DNA of 61,032 nucleotides from an uncultured delta proteobacterium (lineage in GTDB: Bacteria; Desulfobacterota; WTBG01; CAIYCZ01). Each line of letters starts with the position of its first letter. Positions within the stretch are counted from its first letter, which is position 1. Below the pieces are notes generated by a model, which saw only the letters and a program-made list of their open reading frames with translations, searched no databases and was not told the origin of the DNA. Location: contig CAWDOY010000035.1 of the NCBI GenBank assembly GCA_963803975.1, positions 1 to 61,032 on the forward strand. The letters run 5' to 3'. This document shows, one piece after another, positions 33,727-44,681 of this stretch. The translations under genes and the position numbers were made by a program.

Positions 33727-34257
33727 TCAGATACTTATTTCAAAAATATCGTCAATTGCTTCCTGTTGCGTTTCAAAAACACTTTTTTCGGTCCTGTTTC
33801 TCAATTCAAGGCAATTGCAGGTCACCGGGATATTTTCTTTTTCATAATATTCCAGCGCCTCATTATTCCAGGTAATGGGAAACAGCCGGCATATGGAGGG
33901 AATAATTCTTCTGGGCAGCCGCTCTTCCGCTGCCAGTTTGAATAATATGCACCCCTTTTGTTCCGGCAAGCGGAATATGCAGCACCCTGCGCTCCCGACT
34001 TTACTCCTGATGGAATTGCCGCCCAGAAAATCCCTGTCACCGGACCAGTCAGGTTCAAAAAATTCTTCGAACCTGGCGTTGCTGATGCGCTCAATCTCCT
34101 CCCGGTGCTCCCGAATGAGATCGTATGCCTCTTTATCCACGTCAGCGCCATACTCGCAGCAGATATCCCTGCACGGGGAACCCATGCACCCCTGCTCGTC
34201 AAATCCTTTGTGTGCATAGACTTCAGCAGATATTTTTGCGATTCTTATTTTATTCAT
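33727..34257 (-). CDS. Cysteine-cluster protein (DUF3109/YkgJ-like, putative Zn or Fe-S binding)
   Basis: C-x4-C-x3-CC, CIF, GCIL, PSICRLFPI. Confidence 0.75.
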   Translation of the reverse strand: MNKIRIAKISAEVYAHKGFDEQGCMGSPCRDICCEYGADVDKEAYDLIREHREEIERISNARFEEFFEPDWSGDRDFLGGNSIRSKVGSAGCCIFRLPEQKGCILFKLAAEERLPRRIIPSICRLFPITWNNEALEYYEKENIPVTCNCLELRNRTEKSVFETQQEAIDDIFEISI

Positions 34258-34502
34258 CAGCTGATAATAGCAAAATTAAGACCCCTGTGCACCTTATTTT
34301 ACCGGATCACGCCCTTGTCCAGGGAGTGCCAATTAGCTGATACACAGGTTTTAAAAAATACCTTGCGACTGTTTGTCTGGCACTATCTTTCAAAGTATTC
34401 TATAAATACTATAGAGGCATTACCTATGATTGCCGGCATCTGGCTGCTATAAGCAGGTAGCCGGTTTATAACACGATCTTCTCAAGATGAGGGGCACCAT
34501 AC

Positions 34503-36656
34503 ATGAAACAAAGAAAGTCTCTTGACCAAACTGAAAAAAAAGCGAAGGGTGCCGGGAAGCCGCAGGTAAAGCAGGGCAACCGCCTCATGCAGGAGAAAAG
34601 CCCGTACCTTTTGCAGCACGCGGAAAACCCGGTCGACTGGTACCCCTGGGGAGACGCGGCTTTTGAAAAGGCGCGCAGCGAAAATAAGCCGGTATTTCTT
34701 TCCATCGGCTACTCAACCTGCCACTGGTGCCATGTGATGGCCCATGAGTCTTTTGAGGATTTGGAAGTTGCCCGTCTGCTCAATGACGCGTTCATATCCA
34801 TCAAGGTAGACCGGGAGGAGCGGCCTGATCTTGATAATATATACATGCGCGTCTGCCAGATGCTGACGGGGAGCGGCGGCTGGCCCCTCACCATACTCAT
34901 GACACCGGATAAGAAGCCTTTTTTCGCCGGCACCTACATCCCTCGAGAAAACAGCTATGGACGCATGGGCATGCTTGAGCTGATTCCCCGCGTGAAAGAG
35001 CTTTGGGAGGAGAAACACAGCGAGGTGCTTGATTCTGCCGGCAAGTTCGCTGCAGCGCTGCAGAAGACAGAAGACAGCGCGGGCGGCAATGACCTCAGCC
35101 GGGAAATACTGCAAATGGCTTTTGAGGAACTCAGCCAGCGCTTTGATGAGAACAGCGGCGGGTTTTCCCGCGCCCCGAAATTTCCAACACCGCACAACCT
35201 CTATTTCCTTCTTCGCTACTGGCATCAGTCAAAAGATAAGCAGGCGCTGCACATGGTTGAAAAAACTCTTCAGGAAATGCGCCAGGGCGGTGTCTATGAC
35301 CACATCGGGTTTGGCTTCCACCGCTATGCTACTGATCCTGAGTGGCTGGTCCCCCATTTCGAGAAAATGCTCTATGACCAGGCGCTTCTTGCCATGGCCT
35401 ATACCGAAGCATATCAGGCAACAGGCAAAAAAATATATGCCCAGACCGTGCATGAGATACTGAGCTATGTGCTGCGCGATATGACCTCGTTTGCCGGCGG
35501 GTTCTATTCCGGAGAGGATGCAGACAGCGAGGGGAAAGAAGGAAAGTTTTATGTCTGGACCGAGGATGAACTGCGCGCAGCCCTTCGGCCTGATGAGGCT
35601 GACCTGATTATCAGGCTGTTCACGGTCAGCAAGGAAGGGAACTTCCATGACGAGGCCACCGGGCAGAACACCGGGGCAAACATTTTCCACCTCACCGGGT
35701 CCTTCTGCGAATCTGCCCATGCGCTGAAAATGACGGAGCATGATCTGTGCATACGCTTTGAAACCGTGCGGGAAAAGCTGTTTGCCATCCGCGGGCAGCG
35801 CATTCATCCCCACAAGGATGATAAGATGCTCACTGACTGGAACGGGCTGATGATTGCGGCCCTTGCCCGGGCTGCGCAGGTCTTTAATACGCCGGCATAT
35901 GCTGATGCTGCAAAAAAGGCTGCCTCGTTTATCCTCAACAATCTGCACACACCCGACGGCAGGCTCCTGCACCGGTACCGGGACGGCGAGGCTAAAGTTG
36001 CCGGGATGGCTGATGACTATGCCTTTTTTGTCTGGGGGCTGCTTGAGCTGTACGAAACAACCTTTGAGGCAGAGCACCTGATCACCGCGCTTGCCCTGCA
36101 GCATGAAATGATTGAACACTTCTGGGACGCTCAGGCCGGAGGGTTCTACTTTACTGCTGATGATGCGGAGAAACTCCTGGTCCGGCAGAAGGAGATTTAT
36201 GACGGCGCCGTCCCTTCGGGCAATTCCATAGCCATGCTCAATCTTTTGCGCCTGGCGCGCATGACCGGGCAGAGCACCTTTGAAGATAAAGCGCAGGGCA
36301 TTGCCCGGGCCTTTGCAGAAAGCGTCAGCCGGGTGCCTTCAGCCTATACCCAGCTCTTGACAGCGGTTTCTTTTGCCCGCAGCCCGTCACATGAAATAGT
36401 GATTGCAGGAGACCCGCAGGCAGAAGACACGAAAGAAATGATAGCAGCGCTGCGCCGCGCTTTTATCCCGAACAAGGTGGTGGTGCTGCGCCCCGCTGAT
36501 AAAAGATCAGCTGCTATTACCGCCATCGCGCCCTACACCAGAGAGCACACGGCCATCGATGGCAGGGCAACCGCATATGTGTGCCGGAATTATGCCTGCA
36601 ATCTGCCGACGACTTCTGTTGACAAAATGCTCGAGTTGCTTAACGTGAAGAAATGA
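34503..36656 (+). CDS. Thioredoxin-domain protein (YyaL/DUF255/SPATA20-like)
   Basis: [49 protein letters not shown]. Confidence 0.95.
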   Translation: MKQRKSLDQTEKKAKGAGKPQVKQGNRLMQEKSPYLLQHAENPVDWYPWGDAAFEKARSENKPVFLSIGYSTCHWCHVMAHESFEDLEVARLLNDAFISIKVDREERPDLDNIYMRVCQMLTGSGGWPLTILMTPDKKPFFAGTYIPRENSYGRMGMLELIPRVKELWEEKHSEVLDSAGKFAAALQKTEDSAGGNDLSREILQMAFEELSQRFDENSGGFSRAPKFPTPHNLYFLLRYWHQSKDKQALHMVEKTLQEMRQGGVYDHIGFGFHRYATDPEWLVPHFEKMLYDQALLAMAYTEAYQATGKKIYAQTVHEILSYVLRDMTSFAGGFYSGEDADSEGKEGKFYVWTEDELRAALRPDEADLIIRLFTVSKEGNFHDEATGQNTGANIFHLTGSFCESAHALKMTEHDLCIRFETVREKLFAIRGQRIHPHKDDKMLTDWNGLMIAALARAAQVFNTPAYADAAKKAASFILNNLHTPDGRLLHRYRDGEAKVAGMADDYAFFVWGLLELYETTFEAEHLITALALQHEMIEHFWDAQAGGFYFTADDAEKLLVRQKEIYDGAVPSGNSIAMLNLLRLARMTGQSTFEDKAQGIARAFAESVSRVPSAYTQLLTAVSFARSPSHEIVIAGDPQAEDTKEMIAALRRAFIPNKVVVLRPADKRSAAITAIAPYTREHTAIDGRATAYVCRNYACNLPTTSVDKMLELLNVKK

Positions 36657-37405
36657 AGGTATCTGTCGAGCGCTACAAAAATCTTGCAGCACTGAGCAGC
36701 AGTGCAGCAATGCTGGTACGCACTGCAGCTGAAAGCGCGGTAAAAGAACGAGGGCTGTTTACCCTGGTGCTTGCCGGCGGAAAAACTCCCCGCCTGCTCT
36801 ACGAACTGCTTGCCGCTCCTCCCTGCAAAGAGTCAATGCCCTGGCCCTCCATACATCTTTTTTGGAGTGATGAGCGGTTTGTTCCTGCTGCAGACCCTGC
36901 ACGTAACTTCCAGATGGCGCGTGAAGCATTAATCTCAAAGGTTGCGCTTCCGCCCGCAAACATTCACCCGGTTCCCATAGATGCCGGCAGCCCGCATGCT
37001 GCTGCCGCCGCATATGAAACAAGCCTGAAGGATTTTTTTAAAAAGACCAGCGCAGCTGATGCCGGGAGAGGATTATTCCCCGTCTTTGATATGATACTGC
37101 TGGGCATGGGAAGCGATGGTCATACTGCTTCGCTTTTCCCCCATGACGCGGCCTTGCAGGAACAGGAGAAATGGGTCACCGCTGTTTCGGGATCTCAGGC
37201 AATGCCGCCAGTGCCCCGGGTAACCCTTACGCTGCCGGTTATCAACAGCAGCCGCTGCGTGGTATTTCTCATTTCCGGTGAAGGAAAAAGGGACGTGGCA
37301 AATGCAAGTATCAGCAATACGAATGCTGCGCGAAAGATCTATCCCGCAGCCCTGGTGCAGCCGGAAGGGGAACTGCACTGGCTTATAGACGAACAATCAA
37401 CGTGA
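36653..37405 (+). CDS. pgl: 6-phosphogluconolactonase
   Basis: [41 protein letters not shown]. Confidence 0.93.
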   Translation: MKVSVERYKNLAALSSSAAMLVRTAAESAVKERGLFTLVLAGGKTPRLLYELLAAPPCKESMPWPSIHLFWSDERFVPAADPARNFQMAREALISKVALPPANIHPVPIDAGSPHAAAAAYETSLKDFFKKTSAADAGRGLFPVFDMILLGMGSDGHTASLFPHDAALQEQEKWVTAVSGSQAMPPVPRVTLTLPVINSSRCVVFLISGEGKRDVANASISNTNAARKIYPAALVQPEGELHWLIDEQST

Positions 37406-37431
37406 ACTCAGCACTTTTCTATCCTGCTTCA

Positions 37432-38649
37432 TTACCTTTTCAGTATCCTGAAAACACTGTCCCTCGTTATGTCAAGGAATGCTTCTTTTCGCACCATCCC
37501 GTCCATGGCCACGCTGTCGCCGCGCAACGCCTCTGAAAAATCCTGATTGCTGTCGGAAATATTTTTGGTTAGCCTGCGCAGGAGCTTTCGCTCCTTGCCG
37601 TTGCAGACAAACAAACGCTCCTCGCCCTTGTGCCGTATCTGGTAGCTCACCACCCGCCACACCTTTTCCCGGGGGAAATCGCACGTTGGATGGATAAGCG
37701 CTTTGCCGTCTTTTCTGAACGTAAAATAGCTGTACGGTATCCCCTTCTCCTTGGTGAAACCAATATGCCGGTCTATAACCCGCACGATCGCAGGCGGTGA
37801 AAGAAAGAGCTTCTGGTGGCACCAGTCCCTGGGGTTGTCAAGCGACGGACAGAGCCCCCGCTCAAGGCACGGGGCATAGAGATTAAGGGCGGTGTGCTCA
37901 AGGAGCATATCGCGCAACTGGATAAGCCTGCGGGAAGAAGCCCTGGTGCCCGGGTCGATGAGGATAAGGGTACCGTGCGGGGAAAGAAGCTTTTCAAGTA
38001 CTGGCGCAAGCACGGAAAAGGATTCCTGGTCGATCTCGGTGAATACGTTACCCGCGATAATGAGGTCATACTGTTTCTCTTTCGGCAGCAGAGGATGGGG
38101 AAAACCCGCAGTCGTTATGGAGCCGGTACGAAACGAGAGTTCCCATTTGATTGATGCTGAATTTTTTTGTGCTGCCAGGTACTGGTTAATTATTTCTTTT
38201 GCTGTTGTTACATTTTCATCCACCTGGTCGATGCCCCACATCGCCACCTTTTGCACGTCCCCTGAAAGAAGGTTCTGATGCGCCGCAAGATACTCAAGCA
38301 CCCCCAGGAGAAATGTTCCCGGCCCGCAGCCAAGGTCAAGAATGGAAACATGGGGTTCTGTAAAACCTTTTATATCGGGGTGGGTAAAAAGCTCGTCAAG
38401 CACTGGAAGGAGTTTTACCAGGTTCACCGGCAGATAATAGCAGATGTAGGCCCTGCGCAATGCCCTGCTGCGAAACAGATCACCCTTGAAGCTGCTGTCA
38501 CCGGCGAGGTATTCGTCGGAAATAGTTTTTACCTGCGCAGACAGCAGCTTTACTGCTCTTGATTGGGCATTAACCGGAGATGAAAGACCGGCATACTGCA
38601 GCAGGAGCTGCTCTAACACCGGGGATAGTGTTATGTTTTTGCCGTGCAT
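37432..38649 (-). CDS. Rsm22/METTL17-like methyltransferase-fold protein
   Basis: AYICYYLPVN, ILDLGCGPGT, LIDPGT, YAPC-x5-CP...DWCH, YSYF. Confidence 0.8.
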   Translation of the reverse strand: MHGKNITLSPVLEQLLLQYAGLSSPVNAQSRAVKLLSAQVKTISDEYLAGDSSFKGDLFRSRALRRAYICYYLPVNLVKLLPVLDELFTHPDIKGFTEPHVSILDLGCGPGTFLLGVLEYLAAHQNLLSGDVQKVAMWGIDQVDENVTTAKEIINQYLAAQKNSASIKWELSFRTGSITTAGFPHPLLPKEKQYDLIIAGNVFTEIDQESFSVLAPVLEKLLSPHGTLILIDPGTRASSRRLIQLRDMLLEHTALNLYAPCLERGLCPSLDNPRDWCHQKLFLSPPAIVRVIDRHIGFTKEKGIPYSYFTFRKDGKALIHPTCDFPREKVWRVVSYQIRHKGEERLFVCNGKERKLLRRLTKNISDSNQDFSEALRGDSVAMDGMVRKEAFLDITRDSVFRILKR

Positions 38650-38652
38650 ATA

Positions 38653-39246
38653 TCACTCTTTGACCGCTGCCCCAAGGATTCCGAGCATTTTCTGCTCCAT
38701 CGTCTTTATTACCTTGAAATTCTGCTGCCTGAGCGCGGCCTTCCAGTCTTCACTTTTAAAACGGTTTTCTGTCGGGTGCAGGAGGATGTGTCTGGTAATA
38801 AAATTCTGATAAAGGGACGGGTATAGTTCCTCAAAAAAATAACAGCCGCAGGTTTTAAGCACCCGGGCAATTTCAGCAAGCCCTCCCCGCCAGTCAGGAA
38901 CATGGTGCAGCACGCCGAAGCCGAAGACCGCATCAAACATTGCATCGCTATAGGGAAGGCGGAGAACATCAGCCACACAGGCAGATACAGGAGGGTGATC
39001 TGATGCAGCAAGGCGCTTGCGCGCCTTTATAATCATCTCCCTATCAAGGTCCATGAGATACAGGCGTGAAGGTTTAAATTTTTCAATAATAATCTCTGCC
39101 CCGGCCCCCCTTCCCGCGCCGATTTCAAGAACTGTTGAGCCGGGTCTTAATGCTGCGACCCGGTGGAGAGCGTTGATTTCCAACCGCTGCTCGAAAACCC
39201 GGGCAGGATTATTGACCGCCCACCGCTCTGCCCAGTTGAGTTTCAT
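38653..39246 (-). CDS. Class I SAM-dependent methyltransferase
   Basis: VLEIGAGRG, DLD, LPYSDAMFDAV, VLHHVPDW, EIARVLK. Confidence 0.9.
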   Translation of the reverse strand: MKLNWAERWAVNNPARVFEQRLEINALHRVAALRPGSTVLEIGAGRGAGAEIIIEKFKPSRLYLMDLDREMIIKARKRLAASDHPPVSACVADVLRLPYSDAMFDAVFGFGVLHHVPDWRGGLAEIARVLKTCGCYFFEELYPSLYQNFITRHILLHPTENRFKSEDWKAALRQQNFKVIKTMEQKMLGILGAAVKE

Positions 39247-39523
39247 CTGTTCCGGCTCCTGCGGTTACTTTGATATCCTTCATTAAGAGAGTATGTTTCT
39301 CCCTTTTCGATGTGCAAGAGTGATTTAAGTAATTTTATGAGGCTATTTTCCGTTAATTAGAATCGTCCCCATTTACATGAATATTTTAGCAGATGTTATT
39401 TTTGTAGTGATAAAATTGTTAAAGGTAAACCCCCTGTTACTCGGTGAGCTTAAAGCGTAAAAAGTGAAAAAGGGGGTGATGCGTATATATGCTTCTTAAA
39501 CCATCCTGTCTCGAACCCCTGAA

Positions 39524-41600
39524 TTATCGTTTAACACCGGCCCTGAACAGGCCGAGGACCTGGGTCTTGAATGTCACCAGTCCATTTTCAGCTTTTTCAG
39601 CCTTGATTTCATCCCAGTCCCTGGTGACGTGATTGTAGATATACACATTTACCTCTTTGCCCCCGGCGAGCATATTTCTGTAGGGGATGGTGATAGTGAC
39701 ATCCCGGTTAAAAAAGTTCCGGTAGGGACCGAAGTGTACAGCCGGCCCTGCCGACCGGGCGCTCTTCATGGCGGGCGGATTCAGCTGCTGGCCGATGTTT
39801 ATCACCGTATCTTCCCACATGCAGTCATTGGTGTCCCTCGGATCATTAATGGGAATTGCTGTTTCCGGAGTGAATGTCTGCGGCCGTTCAGGATACGGGT
39901 CTTTGGGGATTTCAATCCTGGCGCCTTTTATCATGCTGAAAGGCCCGGTTGCTTCAACAACACCGCCATCCTGTTTTGTTATCAGCTGTGAAGCCGCGAT
40001 CCGGATGCCGGTCTCACGCGGGAAAGAGATTGAATCGTTCCAGCGTGCCCCGCAACACTATATAGTATGCGGTGGCAAACTCCTGCCCCACGCCGCTGTA
40101 GGACGGCGCGGCAGTTATCGTTGCCGCGGCATTCGCGGAACCGCAGCTTACCTGGTTGCCTGACGCATCTTCGCAATAGGTAAGATCGTATTTCCCCGCC
40201 TCAAGGTCTGCCTTGGGAACAATGGGTATGTTATTGGGCTCCCGCATAACCAGAATATTATCGAAGTTATCATAATACCAGTGGCAGGGAGCAATGATCA
40301 TCTTGTCAATACCGTCTTCTTTTGCCGCCTGGATGTTATCCCGGATGCTTTTAAAGTGCCCGCCGAGGTTATTGCCGAAGGTAACCCCGTAGCTGTAAAA
40401 GTTATCATCCAGGAGGTCGCTCTCAACCCCCGCCCTGGTAAATACCAGGTTATAGCGGCCGCCGAAAGCGGTTTTGAGCGCCTTTTTCCAGGAGAGATAG
40501 TTGAGATAGGCATTCTCGTGGTAGACCTCGTTGCACCAGGGATGCCCGGAAGGGCCTTCAGCCGGCCAGTTAAGACCCCTGGTCACATAAATCATGGCAA
40601 TCGTACTGCCCTCCGGGAATGCCTCGATAAACGGTTTGAGATTTATGATGTTCATCGCGTTAAACTCCGGGGTTCTTCCCACCTGTCGGGTCTGGTACAG
40701 CTCGACCTTATCCAGCACCCCGAGTTCGCAGAGGCGCTCCTTCACATAATTTCCGGTGAAGAATTCATTGGCATACCGGTTGTGGTCTGTGGTCTCGCGG
40801 GCAAGGAGCATCTTCGTGAACCCTTCGCTGACGAACTGCTGCGCCACATCCATTTCATGCTCAGTGTATCCATTCACCGCTTCATACATGCCGAAGCGCA
40901 CATCAATCCGGTCGCCGAAAGACGCTTCCAGCTGCTGCCTGGTGGAGGCCATAATTGCTTCAGCGTCGGCCGCGGGAACATTCGACTCGGGCGGCTCAGT
41001 GGGGCCGCCCATTATTCCATAATAACGCATGAAGGTTAAACAGCTCCCCTCAAACATATCGCACGCTCCATTGGGAAACGGAAATTCGCTCGAACCTATC
41101 TTGTACCACCCGGCAAGCAGATCTTCCCCGGTCCGGGGGTCAGGAGGATAGCTTAATTGTCCGGTCATGGCGCTTATCACCTGGATTACCGGCATTATGG
41201 GAACTCCCGGAGGTATCATATCAGCGCTCACGGAGGGAACCGTCGGGTTGACATTTACATATATGCCATTCTCCAGTTTATAGATGCCGTAGCTGTCAAA
41301 CAGCGCATCAGTCCCGGGATATGAAGCGGTCAGCACCCAGGGCACCAGACCCATGTGCATCTCGTGGGGGAATTCACCGACATGTCCGATTTTGCAGGGC
41401 TGACCTGGATACTGCGTCAGGTCGCCAATACGTGAGTAATCATGACTGTGATATGAATACTCAAAGTTGTAGCCCGCGGGCATGCCCCAGTCGGTGATCA
41501 GGACGGCAACTTTATCTTTAGTCGGAGTTAACTGGGCGTTTACCATACAAGGCAACAAAAACATAATAGTGCATACTACGATAATTCTTGTTACTCGCAT
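39524..41600 (-). CDS. Secreted class II chelatase (ferrochelatase/CbiK)-fold protein with a C-terminal beta domain; frameshift near 40020
   Basis: Signal peptide; KVAVLITDWGMP, DVRFGM, IYVTRG, IIAPCHWYYDNFD resemble ferrochelatase landmarks; ORF 39524..39934 continues it. Confidence 0.55.
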
Positions 41601-41659
41601 CGCTGTCTCCTTCAATAGGATAGTCGCTGGGATGGATTGTGTTTTGAATGGTTATATAT

Positions 41660-41699
41660 AAATAAAGGCCGCGTGAAGATACTATGCTTCACGTGGCCT
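41660..41699 (-). terminator. Intrinsic terminator in the leader of the chelatase-like gene (possible attenuator)
   Basis: Minus strand AGGCCACGTGAAG-loop-CTTCACGCGGCCT-TTATTT (one mismatch), about 60 nt upstream of the start codon. Confidence 0.6.
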
Positions 41700-41716
41700 C
41701 GTTATGTGCGGCTGGT

Positions 41717-41930
41717 AACGGAAAAGTCTCTGTACTGATAGTTCCCATCATGTGAGTGGTCCCCGTAATCACGCATTATCATGCCTCATGCGCAGAACGT
41801 TTAATCATCTCACGTATTATTAATTTATATTTATATACCCGAACTCCCTCTTAATTTGCGGCAGGGCACGCAAACGCTCACTCTGTTTCCCCGTGTTTCC
41901 GGCTCCAATACACTACCTTGAGCTGCCCCG
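41717..41930 (-). promoter_or_regulatory. Divergent cobalamin-riboswitch-like leader
   Basis: Minus strand order AAGGT...GGGGAA...GTG...TGCCCTGCC...ACCACT...TGGGAA...AGTACAGAGACTTTTCC; ACTGT missing; promoter GTGACT-17-TATAGT just upstream. Confidence 0.35.
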
Positions 41931-41966
41931 GTAATCACTATACCCTGTTTCTTTTATTTAGTCACT

Positions 41967-42495
41967 TTAAAACATCAGCCGCACGACCGCGATGGCGACA
42001 ATGATGCCTATGGCATCAGCAATAATGCACACCGGCACCAGGTACTTTGTTTTGCGGATGCCCACAGCCCCCAGGTACACCGCAAGCACATAAAAAGTTG
42101 TTTCCGCGCTGCCGATGATAACCGCAGAAATCCTGCTGGCAAGGGAATCAGGGCCGGTGGCTCTTGACGATATCGGTAAATACTGCCGTGGACGCGCTTC
42201 CGGAGAGGGGCTTGATGAGCGCCACCGAAAGCACTTCAGGGGGAATCCCCAGCCCTGCCAGGGAGCCGGCAAGCGCTGTCCTTATAATATCAAAAGCCCC
42301 TGATGCCTGAAATGCCTTGACCGCAATAAAAATGGCGAGAAGATAGGGAAATATATTTATGGTTACCTGGATGCCCTCTTTTGCTCCCGCGACGAACGAG
42401 TCATACACGCGCACCTTTTTGAAAGCGCCGTAGAGCACGGTGAACAGGATAAAAGCCGGGATCATAAGCTGGGAAATAAACGTCAAGGTCTTCAC
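41967..42495 (-). CDS. spmB: Spore maturation protein B-like (nucleoside recognition Gate domain), frameshift near 42160
   Basis: VYDSFVAGAKEG, KPLSGSAS, GPDS, GSAETTFYVLAVYLG. Confidence 0.85.
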
Positions 42496-43067
42496 CGGGC
42501 AAACCTCCTGAAGAGAAACAGGATGCAGAGAGCAATGACCGCGGAGATCACGGTTGAGCATATCGTCGGAAGCACTATGCCCGAAGCGTTAACCGCGCCG
42601 AAGGATGATAAAATACCGACCACGGTAAAGGGCAGCAGCTGGACGCTTGCGGTGTTGACGACAATGAAGAGCATCATCTCAAAGCTCAGGGCGTCCTTCT
42701 CCCCGTTGAGCGTCTGCAGGTCCTGCATGGCCTTGATGCCCAGCGGTGTGGCCGCATTGCCGAGGCCGAAAAAGTTAGCCAGTATGTTGAGCGTGATGGA
42801 GGATATCGCGGGATGGTCATCGGGAATAGTTTTAAAGAGGCGGGTGATCAGGGGCCGGAACAGATGGGCAATCCGGTGGATGAGCCCTGAATCCTCGATA
42901 ATCTTTGTTATGCCGAGCCACAGCGACACGATGCCGAGCAGGTAGAGGGATATTTCAACGGCTGTCTTTGCTCCCTCAAAGATGGCCCTGGTGAGTTCCT
43001 CAAGCCTTCCGGTAAAGGCTGCGGTGATAACGCTAACAGCAATAAGAATGATCCAGATGACATTCAT
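42492..43067 (-). CDS. spmA: Spore maturation protein A-like membrane protein
   Basis: LWLG, NILANFFGLGNAATPLGIKAM, NTASVQLLP. Confidence 0.9.
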   Translation of the reverse strand: MNVIWIILIAVSVITAAFTGRLEELTRAIFEGAKTAVEISLYLLGIVSLWLGITKIIEDSGLIHRIAHLFRPLITRLFKTIPDDHPAISSITLNILANFFGLGNAATPLGIKAMQDLQTLNGEKDALSFEMMLFIVVNTASVQLLPFTVVGILSSFGAVNASGIVLPTICSTVISAVIALCILFLFRRFAR

Positions 43068-43146
43068 TGCGTAACTGTAACACTATATCGTTTTCTGAGT
43101 CAAAGGTATTTCAGGGTAAACACTGAGGCAGGCAGTCATTTCTAAT

Positions 43147-43250
43147 AACTTCAATGATGACTTCTTTTTGAATCTGTCACTCACTTATCCTGTGACTAAT
43201 AGCAGTAGTAGCAACCTTTTGTGAATAACCTACTACCCACAATATGTTAT
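43147..43250 (+). repeat. Hairpin repeat copy R0 (3' part, diverged), separated from its terminator by the intron
   Basis: TTCAATGATGACTTCTTTT...ATAGCAG...CCCACAATATG matches the other copies. Confidence 0.6.
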
Positions 43251-43329
43251 CGAGATCGGGTCGAGGCACGGGGATTGCGCCCCGTAACCCTCCCACACCA
43301 CCGGACGTACGATTCCGTATACGGCGGTT

Positions 43330-44060
43330 CGTGAAGTACATTGAAGTTTATGCAGTTCGTCTAACAGGCTCACGAGTCCCCTGTGACCAAAGTATTTCTT
43401 TGGGAACGCCTCGTTCATATGCGCCGCTCCCGAATTCCACTACGCTCCCCGGCCATTGAACGCTGACTTCAGAGCCCTGTCTTTCACTCGTCCTCTTGCC
43501 ATCAGTCTCGCCGCCCGTGTCCTTGCGCGCTTCCCTTGTCTCCACAGCACGCAGCGTAATCTGCGCCGTATCCACCCGTCCAGCTCATCAAAAATCCCTT
43601 TTACCCCTGCTAGCTGAAAGTATTGTACCCATCCTCTCAACACCGGGTTGAGGTCTTTCTTGATAAACCATGCCGGGTTGCGGCCTCTACCCTTGCGAAA
43701 CAGTTCCTTGAGGTTACTCATCAGCCGCTTCACCGATTCGGTTGCTACCTTAAGATGACTCTTCATGTGCAACGTCATTGAGTATCCCAGAAACTTCCTC
43801 CGCCACGGGCGGTCTACCGCACTCTTTGCCCGGCTCACGGTGAGCTTTGATTGCTCCCTCAAAAATCGGGCAAGGGAGATCGATCACTCGTTCTCCCGTG
43901 CGACCACTGCTTCCATTAACTGCATATCCCCCGGATGGGTGTTCCCTCTTCGTGCCGTGGAGCTTGACACTCTTGTCCGGGGCCATCCAGAGTTCCGCTT
44001 TCTTCCTCCCCGGCAGGTCTTGGCCATCTCAGACCGCATTGTCTGCGTCTCCTTCTCCAT
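43330..44060 (-). pseudogene. Group II intron RT/maturase remnant; RT core including YADD deleted, internal TAG
   Basis: MEAVVAREN joins directly to GERV...KLTVSRAKSAVDRPWRRKFLGY; maturase LNPVLRGWVQYF, LDGWIRRRLR; TAG at 43440. Confidence 0.9.
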
Positions 44061-44434
44061 CGAACGCTAAGGCTCCTCTCCGTGCTTCATGTTCAGGCCT
44101 TCGGCTTGGTCGCGCTCGCCTACTCTGCCCTCTGCTGACTTCTCAACGTCCTTTCCATCACCTCGTGGCGACAGTAGCACTCAGGCAGACGTTGAGACCT
44201 CCCCGGGTAATGCGACTCACCTTCACGCGTATGCCTGCCACATATACGTCCATGCTTTCCGTGTAAGTATTGGGCTTTGAAGATATACGCCTTCTCACCC
44301 AGCATGGCCGCCTCGTATGTGATTTCTGTTCGTCAGGCCAGCGCTTTGCCTGCGGCTTCCTTCAGATTCCACCTCACGATGGACACCCTTGCCGTCCGGC
44401 TAACAGTTCCCCTTACCGGGCCTGTAGGAGACTT

Positions 44435-44460
44435 GACTTCGGCTGTGCTCAGTCGAAACC
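44435..44460. repeat. REP-like palindrome inserted in intron domain I
   Basis: GACTTCGGCTGTGCTCAGTCGAAACC; related copy at 60898. Confidence 0.6.
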
Positions 44461-44496
44461 TCACTCCCCAGTGAGTGCGCCCTGCCGGGCGCACGT

Positions 44497-44526
44497 AAAA
44501 AAAGCAGGGCCATTGCTGACCCTGCC
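44497..44526 (-). terminator. Intrinsic terminator; intron target and part of the repeat unit
   Basis: Minus strand GGCAGGGTCA-GCAA-TGGCCCTGC-TTTTTTT; homologous hairpin at 51180..51207. Confidence 0.85.
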
Positions 44527-44681
44527 CTGTAATATTTGGAGTGGCCCCTTTTGTATACTATTAATATCAGGAGATATTCATCTGTGGATCAGTTTGTTAA
44601 TAGAGATGGTTCCTCTTTTGCTACATAAAGGCCGCCTGGTTTGATTTGTTAAACACCCCTAAAGATAGTTTTCGCTGCTAC

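Larger units (their letters stand above)
43255..44494 (-). mobile_element. Group IIC intron, internally deleted (1240 bp)
   Basis: 5' GTGCGCCCGGCAGGG; domain V GAACCGCCGTATACGGAATCGTACGTCCGGTGGTGTGGGAGG; 3' end ACCCGAT; inserted just after a terminator T run. Confidence 0.92.

Noticed and set aside
35229..36119. Long antisense ORFs (also 23174..23929, 24629..25339, 40281..41039)
   Set aside because: Shadow ORFs opposite well-supported genes, with no recognisable motifs
43255..44494. Retron, DGR or defence reverse transcriptase
   Set aside because: Clear group II intron ends, domain V and maturase domain; the RT core is deleted
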